DNA from: Sphagnum compactum
Taxonomy: Eukaryota
DNA length: 64,000 nt
Direction: 5' to 3'
Assembly (NCBI GenBank): GCA_965153455.1
Contig: OZ234494.1
Span: 10,788,001 to 10,852,000, forward strand
The first letter of the stretch is position 1, and each line of letters begins with the position of its first letter. The notes beneath the pieces were generated by a model. The model made no database searches. It was given only the letters and a program-made list of their open reading frames with translations, and was not told where the DNA came from. Positions 54,661 to 64,000 of the stretch are shown here, piece after piece. Both the position numbers and the translations under genes were made by a program.

Positions 54661-57600
54661 CCATGTGTCTTGGAAGTGACGTTTCATTTCATATTTTTTT
54701 TTTTGTTTCTTACCATTATCAATATCAAATTTTATTTGGGTTGGATTAAAAATAACACAATCATCAGTAGTAGCCCTCAAGCCTTGGTTGAACTAGCATT
54801 AGGTGTAAGAAATGTAAGGGGGACACAATTAGTTAAAACAACTTGCGCTTGAAATCCTTGGGAAGACCTAATGGTGGCATTGCCCAAAGCTTCTAGACCC
54901 AAACAAACTTGATGGATGTGATGCACAAATAATAAGTTGCAATTGATACATGACAAAGTAGGTGACAAAACAATTGTAATGTTTTTTGGAAGAAAATGTG
55001 CATACAAAACAAGCCACACACTCAAGCTATAAGCATCATGATCTAGATTTTAGAATCTGCAAGTGGGTGATACTTGCAATTGATGTGTTTCAAACTTGTA
55101 GTTCATAATTGTTGCAAGTCCGATCATAATCATGATTCACTATAAGTCTGAATTGCACTCATGATAATATTTAAATGTGATGAAAAATTTGACAAAGAAA
55201 CAAACAACATACTTACCCTTTTAAATGGACTATGGAGTTGTTTGCTATTGTAGCCAACCTACTCAAGATTTAAGATTCATGAAGTCCAATGGAAATCTAA
55301 AAGAACCATTTAGTTTTGATTCTAAAGATTTGACCATGAACCATTAACTCAAAAAATTTGAAAAAATTGATGCACCATTGATTTTAAAGATTTGAAATAC
55401 CCAACGACTTTGGAATTTGGAAATTTGATGGATATGGACAAAAGAATCACCCCATGGCAATGGGCATCTACCATGACCCATTTGTGGTGTAGATTTTAAA
55501 AATTGAAATATGATGCATCTAGCATTCAAGGCATGAACTACATTGTTGCAACTATGGGCTACAACTATTGAATACATATTGGTATTATGATATACCCAAT
55601 GCATGCTATCAATCTGCTACATTGTGTCATTGCAACAACGCTTATGACCTATGAACTTGTTGCATATTAATATTATGATATACCCAACATAGGCTACTAA
55701 GTTGCGTCATTGCAACAACACCCATAGTCCATGAATTTTGGAAAAAAAACTATGCTCTAACAATGATTCATGAGCATGGTGCTACCTACATAATGCATAT
55801 GCACAAGTGATAGTGCACATTACAATGTACTTCAACATTTAGAAATTAAACACAAACGACAAGTATGAAACTTCTAATTATTTCATAAAGTGGGTTGTGG
55901 TGTAACTTGCTATTTGATTTTTGAGAAGTTGAATGGTGCCAATGAGCCTTGAAGTTGAAACTTGAAGTATGAAAATATTTGGGATTTCGGATCTTCAAAT
56001 ACAAAACTTAGTGTTCACAAGTTGTAAGCTCGCCACTTGTAGTTCTTCAAACTTAGAAGCTCTTCTTGAAAACACATTGCATAAGTCAATGGTTTTCCAA
56101 ACCATGTAGAAACAAGCAACAAAAGCACTAATGGTGATCAATGAAAATAACAATGACCTTTTCCTAGCCTTGGTCTAGGATCTGACAAGAGTGACAATTT
56201 GGAATCAACCACAATTACAAACCCTAAACCTAAGATGGAGGAATTTGGCACACTGATCATGCAATCAAATGCCATTCAATGGCAATAAGTGTAAGCTTTA
56301 AACAACTTCCCTTGTGAACCTTGATAAAACAAGATAGGGTTTGTCATTTTTTAAAAAAATCATGTTTTCTTCAAGTTTAGAGGTAACAACCCCTTTGCCA
56401 TAAGTAGGGAATTGGCAAAAAATTGCTAATAAAAAAAGCATTGCTTATATGCACACCTAAAACCTAGCCTTGGATAAAAATCCATCGCCTAAATCCTTTA
56501 TCAAATTTAATTAACATCAAGTTTTTTCACACCTATATCCATTGGGGTGAGTCTTGTGACAAGTTTTCCCCTTAATGTTGGGCCAATTCCATGGACTTAG
56601 CCTTGAGCCTAGGCTCAAAACCCAAACCTAGCCAACATTGGTTAAAAAGTTGGTGAATAAATATGGTGGCTTTTATTGACAACCCACCCATTAAAATTAT
56701 TGACCTAGGTGGTAACATTTAATTGAATATCATCTTACACTAATTATGATTTCATCTTCATTAAGGGGCTGAAAAAATAATTTGCATATTATTTTAGTTG
56801 TCATAGACAATGATATTGACCTAACATACATGGTGTGGGTGGATATGCTCTTAAAGTAAAAAATCAAACCAATTATTAAAACTAAATATTGAAATATGAT
56901 AGAATGAATTATAAGAAAACTTTTTATTTAGTGGATTTTGAGTTCGTAAAAATGAAGTCACTAATGGTTTTAAATTGATTTGAATAATTTATCTTCCAAA
57001 AGTTAAAATCTATGTAAATGTCAAGGTTTAACAAAGTTACATCATGCTTTTAACATGTGTTGGGAGTTGATGAATTCTTGCAAAAATTTATTTTAAAGAA
57101 ACCACCAATTTGGAAGGGGAAATGGAGGAACAAAAAGAAAAGACCAACATAAAAAAAACAAAAAAAAAAAGGTTTAAAAGGAGAAACATATCCCCATGGT
57201 GTTGATCATGATAAAACCCATCATTGCTTAGGTTATGATTCTCATTACCACTTCTTAATAAATGACAATTTACAAAATTAAAATTTCTAGTTGAGAGGGA
57301 TCGATAATGATGACATCAATTAGAATGCAAACCCCATTGTTGGAGATCACAATATTAATTCAGGAACATGAAAAACAAAAAGAATAATGATGCAAGTACA
57401 TACATGTGTCTTTTCATTGAAAACATGAAACCTAACATCTCTAACAATGAAAGCAAAGACATTCGAAATGAGGTAGTGAGATGCAAGACCTCAAGTGACA
57501 AAGGTGATAAATCATGTCAAATATTATGATGTTTGGAAAAGGAGTGCTCACGCAAAGAGATTTGACATGCTTTCATGCAAGTTAGTTCTATTGTCGTGTC

Positions 57601-58313
57601 CAACTTGCATGTTTGGTAAATTTCATCCATGAATTTTTGTTTTATCCATGCAACACATTTTCCCACACTTGTATCCACTTGATGAAGTTTGTGGATGTCT
57701 TCACATTTCACATTTATGGCCAATGGATCTTTATTTGTGATCGACTTCAATCCATGAAACAATGTTTCATCCAATTGGTCCATTGAACAAAGATGAAAAC
57801 CTCAACAGGCGGATGGTGTATGAGAACAAGGATGAATGAAAAAAATGAAATCTAACAGCCATCATGAATCTTCATGCCAACTCTCTTTTATGTGGCCTTG
57901 AAATGGCCTTCTTGGATGAAGGTGCTTGAGATATTTGGATGAAACCAAACGGACTTCATGCAAATGTGCTTTCGACAGATTTTACGCCGCTGGGAAAGGT
58001 TTTAGGGTTTGGCGCTCTACCGCAAAACAGAGTTCTTTGCAAGCCTCTTTCTGTCTTTGTGGGAGGAAGGACGGAGCCGCATCGCCCTGCAGGATCGCAA
58101 ACTGCGAAATATTCAAGTGGAGAAGAAAAATCGCAGATTGCTGTTTCCCTGCTGCTGCGGTGAGTTGTTTTTATGTTGCTGTTCCCATTTTTTCAGTTTT
58201 TGGAGTCGTCGCTTTTGTGTTTTATTTTCTCTCGATCAGCAATTTTGTTCTATCTGATGTGCTTGCCCTGAGGTTTTCTTGTGTGCTGTGCAGAGTGAAG
58301 AAATGCAAGAAGA

Positions 58314-59503
58314 ATGAATGGAGCCTATGTACCACCAGTCTATGTCCCGGATCTTCACTCTGATGAAAAGGATGATGACCTTCCACCATTGTCACCTTCA
58401 CAAACCCAGCACTTGTTGGATCATGGAGGGTCTATGTCCTCAGCAGCAGCAGTGCAGCAGCATCCACCGCAGCAGCAGCAGCAGCAGCAGGCGGCCTTTC
58501 ATTGGACTTCAGGAATTTGTGCCTGTTTTGATAATATGCCTGTTTGTATGTCCCTGCTCTTTTGCTACTGTTGTTTTCATACTTATACATTCTTCGCTTG
58601 TGCACAAGTCATGATTCGGTTTCAGTTTCTGCTTCTGCTGGTTTGTATTACATGAGAATAATGTGGGCGAGGGCAGGTTGTTTGGGGTGCTGGTGCCCGT
58701 GTGTGCTCTTTGGAAGGAATGTAGAAATGCTGGAGGGCAGGCCATGGCTAGGACCCTCTATGGTTCATGTTCTTCTTTGGGGCATTCCATTTGGTGTCTG
58801 CTGTGCTCTTTCCAATACAGCAATTGGCCTCCTTGTTGCTTGTGTTCCCTGCTATGCCTGCAGATTCCGCCGTGCTCTTCGCAGCAAATATAATCTGGAG
58901 GTGATAGTCTCCTCATCTTTATATCACACTACTGTGTCTGTAATTATGAGGGCATGACATAGTTAAGGCTAGCTAAATAGGAAGTATCAGTTGTGTTCCT
59001 CTTGCTCTTTCACCTTTGAAGGCTCTTAGAATGTAAAGGTCCACACTCATCCTTTGAATTGGATTTGGATTCTTGTTTGGATGTCAACTTTGAGATCTCA
59101 TCTTGCTAATGATGGTCTTGATTTCTTGTCATGATGCTTTCAGGATGCTCCATGTGGAGACCTCATCACACACTTGTGCTGCCACATGTGTGCAAATTGC
59201 CAGGAGCATCGTGAAATGTGTGAGCGCACAACAATGGCAATTGGCCTTTCTTCAGTGAAGCCCCCACCTACTCAGAGAATGGGTGCAGGCAAGTTACAGC
59301 TCTTTCCCCACTGGAGCATGCAGATTGCAGTCTGCATTTCAGTATGCATTTCTGTGCACCTGGTGTTGCACTATGTTTTGCTTCACATTCCTGTTGAGTT
59401 TGAAATTCTGCTGTACTGTAGTATCGATTTCTTCCTCCAACTGTGGACCGTTTGTGTGTATGTAGTCCCTGAATATGTTCCCAGATATGTAATGCATGTT
59501 TGA
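58314..59503 (+). CDS. PLAC8-family (cell number regulator / FW2.2 / PCR-like) Cys-rich protein; C-terminal end uncertain
   Basis: Exons 58314-58545, 58677-58900, 59144-(59288 or 59503). Motifs WTSGICACFDN, CCLGCWCPCVLFGRN, YAC.FRR.LRSKYNL, DAPCGDLITHLCCHMCANCQEHRE, plus a poly-Q tract. 5'UTR intron 58160-58293. Confidence 0.92.
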
Positions 59504-60482
59504 ATGGTGCATAACCTGGTTCCGCCACTTATGTGGCATACTGTGGTATGCAGAATATCAGCCCTGATTTGCCATGGTGTCACCAAATTGGGAAGTCGTT
59601 CTCTTGTGGTGACAGGGTTGAAGTACATTGCCAGAGCTGTGGAGGTGATGGAATGCCCTGACTTGAAGTCCTATCCAATTTGTATAGGTTTACTTCTGAC
59701 ATCACATTTGATGTCAAGGGTTAGCAGTTTAAAGCTGCTTGGATGTACATAAGATTGAATTTTGATTGATGGGGATTGTACAGTCAGCAATGTGTTGCCA
59801 AATGTCTGGAACCTTTGCATTGAAGACTTTATGCACATGATCTGACTAAGTGGTTATCCAGTGGATGGTGGCATTGGTGGTTCATACAGAAAACCCTGAA
59901 CTCATAGCAGTTTACATGCTTTCAAATCAGGGGTATTATTTTAAGGTCTCAGAATTTCTTTATTTGGATGTGGTTCCAAAGCTGTGCTTCATACTCATGG
60001 TGGTTCCAAACATGCACAGTCGAGTGAATAAAGTGAACATTCTAGTGTAAGCGGAGTCATGCAGGGGAGGTGCAGTTGAGTTGGAGACTAAATTAGTCTA
60101 CAATACCATCATGTTTTGAGTTCATGGTTGGGTCCCCCTGTAAGTGTAAGACGGGTGATGGAAAGTGAGAAACATTATGGTATTTTTCTTGTGTTTTGTC
60201 TTTTACACAGTCATCTTTCAGCTTCTCTGTGTTTTTTCCGTCATTGTGTTGTCAAACTTGGTTTGTAACACATCATCTAAAAGATTTCAGTGTTCTTTTG
60301 TTATCACTGACAAGGATAAATGCAGTAGTAGCTCTGTGTCTTTCTGTAAAGGAGACTTAAGGGTGCTTAATTCGATGAGATTAGTTCTCTTGAAAGACAT
60401 TTTACGTTAAGTTGAGGTTGTCAGAATCTGAAGTTTTAAAGTCTTCATAATTCTCTGAATGCCCCTAAACTAAACTAAACAC

Positions 60483-61530
60483 ATGGATGAATCATGAAAT
60501 CAAGTTGAACTTGAAGACGTGGATGAAATTTTTCACAAGGGATGAGATGGCTCATAATTAATTAGATAAAATAACACATGAAATTCATGACTTGGATGAA
60601 ATGAATGACAACATGAATGAAATTGACCATATGGATAGCCATGGACCATTTGGTTGAACAATATGGATGAAATAGACAGTATGGATGATATTAAAGATAT
60701 GTGAAATTGGAGCACATGATGAAATTTGGCAATATGGATGAAATAGTTGACAGCAGAAGTGACAAAAATTACATTAGAAAAACATGATCAATATGAATGA
60801 CACTAAATAGAGTATACCACAATGATGCAATTAAACACAGATGAAACTTGATTGCAAGGATGAAACTTAGCTACTTGATGAAGTTGATAACATAAAGAAC
60901 AAGGATGAAAATTCAACCACATGAAATGATGGTCACATTCATCCATGCCTGTAATTTCATCCATATTGTTTGAATCCATTCATATAGGAAACTACATCCA
61001 TGTGGTCAAATTCATCTGTTAAATCAAATTTCATCTGTGGTATCTTTCATCATCCATGTTGTTTAATTTTCAATCATGTAAAGAATTGCAACCAAGTGCT
61101 AAATTTGATCAATGTTATCAATTTCATCCATATGGTCTGATCTTCCATGCAATTACAATTCATTGATATATGTAAGTTTCATCCTTGTGATCAATTCTAT
61201 GTTGAGGATAATTTTTCATCCATGTCGTCAAAACTTTCAACCATGAATTTCTACAGTTTCGACCAAGTGCTACAATTCATCTATGTTATTGATTCCATAT
61301 ATATGCTCTGATTTTCATCCATATAATTTATGTTGGTTTCATCTGCCATGTGATCACTTGATCCACATGGAGGATTCATTTTTCATCCATGTTCATGTTA
61401 ATTTAATCCGTAATGGTCCTACATGCTGGTCAAATTCATCCATAATCACAAACTCCATTTACTATCCAGTTCATTTCCAAAAGGTACCTAATGGCCCAAT
61501 TATTGAATGTGGGGAAAATTTCATCCATGA
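60483..61530. mobile_element. Foldback-like element built from GGATGAA / TTCATCC modules
   Basis: The left part (to about 60925) repeats (A/T)GGATGAAA and the right part repeats TTTCATCCAT. Longer arm matches include GATGAAGTTGATAACAT vs ATGTTATCAATTTCATC. Confidence 0.65.
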
Positions 61531-61583
61531 CCATCCGCATGCGCATCGCCATCGCCGCACATATGTGCGCGCGGACACACAAG

Positions 61584-61627
<44 letters not shown>
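61584..61627. repeat. (CT)n microsatellite / GAGA element upstream of the oxidoreductase gene
   Basis: About 21 CT units, followed by a TATA-like CTATAAATA at 61688. Confidence 0.9.
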
Positions 61628-61629
<2 letters not shown>

Positions 61630-62570
61630 GCACACAGTCCCTCTCGATTGAACTTTGGAGCTCACTCGAGTCTCAGAACATTTCTTACTATAAATATATG
61701 CATACATTACTGTGCATGTGCATGCAAACCGTTCTTTGAGTGCGGCGTTTGAAGTCTTAAGCACTGGATTCTTAAGATTTTACGGCAGGGTTGGAGGAAG
61801 TTCCTGCATATCAATGTTGTTAATATCAAGGCGGTGGCTGATTTTGGCTGATAGTTTTCTCCTCCCGTTGACAACAACAACAAACAACAAGCAAAAAACG
61901 GGCAAACAACGACATCGTCGTCGTCGTCAGTTTGGACTCTGGAGCTGTTGCTTTTAAATAAGTGAGGTATGCATTTTTGGATACTGATTCTATGTTTCGA
62001 TGTGATTGTTTTTGTCCTTTTTTTTATCGGATGTGATCGTGTTGGTTGGGAGCGTCATCTAGGTAGTTTGTTAAGGATGTTTTGAAGAAGAAACAGGACG
62101 TGTTGATCTGGTCTGAGAATGGATCGCGATGTTCTGAGAACGTGAATGGTGATTCAGTTGCACATTCTCAAAATATGTTGTGATTCGACGACGACCTGCA
62201 AGTGTAACCAAATTTCTTGATCAAGATTCATACAGTATTCAGAAGATTTGATTCGAGATTTGCAGATCTGCTCTAGATTTGTTCCAATTATGCAATAAAA
62301 AGCTGTAAGATCTGTGAACTGGGAATCCCCCCGGAGGTTCTTGAAGCTTATCACGTATCTGGTTTTCTTGATGACGAGCAAATCGGAGCAATGCCTTAGA
62401 GTAACGACCAAAGTTATGGATGATTGAATCTTGCATGGCCGTGCAATCTCTAGAGGCATAGAGGTTATATATCTTGACTGTGTTTGCTGCAAATGTTTCT
62501 AGAACTCTTCGAATGCAAAGTTCTCTGAAATTGAAACTCTTCTGGTGACGAGCTGTGTGATGATCAGAGT

Positions 62571-64000
62571 ATGGCAGACTGCAGGACCGGTCCAGAAGCT
62601 GCCGAAGAAGAAATTGCGGGTCTTCGGCACACAGTTTGGGATCAACAAGACCAGAAAGTACAGTATCCGAAGCTACAGAAAGATGTGAGTGCCGATGTGG
62701 TGGTCGTAGGAGCGGGTATTGCTGGCTTGAGCGTCGCCTACAACCTTGTGAAGGAAGGGAAGAAAGTTATAGTTCTCGAAGCTCGTGTCATAGGTGAGAA
62801 CATGAACCTCATCGTGTTTGCAGAGTTTTCTTTCTTCCATTGCAGATCCAAGAGAAAAAGAGTTTCTCTTCGTCCAAGAGTCTGTTGTGAAATCCTGACA
62901 TGTAGTAGAGAGATATGTACACTACTTGTCAGGTGCGGGCCAGACAGGTAGGACGACAGCACACATAATGCCATGGTTTGATGATTTCTACCACATAGTC
63001 GAGAAGGTCCATGGCACTCGCAAGACACAGCTGGTGGCAGACAGCTACAAGAAAGCTGTGGACTGGATTGACCAAACTGTGGAAGAAGAGAACATCGAGT
63101 GCAAATTTTCACGCGTCGATGGGTACCTTTTTCCTCATGATGATTCAAAGCAAGCACATGATAGTCTACAAAACGTAAAGCTCTTTCTCCACACCTGTTT
63201 TCCACATCTTCCTTTGCACCTGCTTTTCCCTTCTTTCAACTTCTGTTATATTCTACTTCAGCATCTAGATATGATTCATTGCATGCTTCCCTTTTGTTGA
63301 CCCGTACAGGAAGTTAGCCTTTGTATATCTACTGGAACACATGAGATAAAAGGGGTTTTTTTTTGGGTATGCTATGTATAGCATACCAGAAATTCAGGAA
63401 GAGTCGATAAATGGATTGCTTCCCCAATGTAATGAACTTTTAAATTTCAGGGTTCTCACATAAATTTTGTAGGATCCCTGATGCTTGAATCGTGAAGTTC
63501 TGTGTGGGGGAGGTGCCTTGATTTACAAAGATGAAATTTTTAAAGTTCATTAAGTATGAAGGCATTGCTGTCATTGCCTGGATTGCCTTCAGCCCTCGGT
63601 TCACGAGGTGGAACGCAGTGACAGTGGTGCCTTCCCTTCCATAACAACTGAGAATCTGGACAATCTGGACAATCTGAACAATCCAAACTACCTTCAAAAT
63701 AGCTCCCCTACCTGAGGAAGCTTATGTGAAATGGCCGCTCTAGGCTAGGGAGCCGGAAGTTGCACCGGGGAGGTACATTTTAAGTATATATTCGTAATTC
63801 AATTCTAAGCACCTTAATTAGATTTAAGTATATTAAAGGTTTAAAAAATAAGTTGCCCCTACATTTTTCTGCAACATCATTTGGAAAAAAAAATGGAAGT
63901 AACTTCCCCTGGGTTGACTGATGTCTATAATTTTCTTTTTATCTCTCTCATTTGCTTTGCAGGAATTTGATGCATGCCAGAGATTGAAGTTCAATGTTCA
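62571..64000 (+). CDS. FAD-dependent oxidoreductase, DAO/glycine-oxidase family, YhfW-like (5' part; truncated by window end)
   Basis: Exons 62571-62793, 62933-63174, 63963->64000. YPKLQKDVSADVVVVGAGIAGLSVAYNL...VIVLEARVIGAGQTGRTTAH...IECKFSRVDGYLF matches the bacterial YhfW-type N-terminus. Probable 5'UTR intron 61967-62567. Confidence 0.88.

Overview
Eukaryotic nuclear DNA from a land plant, most likely a moss. Sphagnum-like is my inference from gene content, GT-AG intron style and the decayed AT-rich repeats. I reconstructed nine spliced protein-coding genes by hand. (1) An SC35-like (SCL) SR splicing factor. (2-3) Two tail-to-tail beta-tubulins. (4) An uncharacterised 4-TM protein. (5) An unusual type-I membrane protein: signal peptide, Ser-Pro extensin-like rod, cadherin-like beta-sandwich, TM helix and tail. 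(6) Proteasome lid subunit RPN11. (7) A peroxisomal cNMP-domain acyl-CoA thioesterase (ACH2-like). (8) A PLAC8/CNR protein. (9) A YhfW-like FAD oxidoreductase cut off by the window end. Intergenic DNA holds decayed CACTA and hAT transposase relics, a hAT-type MITE family, a foldback-like element and minisatellites. The most notable items are the extensin-cadherin-like membrane protein, two candidate NMD splice switches in the SCL gene, a 45-bp palindrome array at one tubulin promoter, and recurrent local tandem duplications at promoters and first introns. No CRISPR, rRNA or tRNA genes were recognised. All family calls are from recognition of motifs, not database searches.
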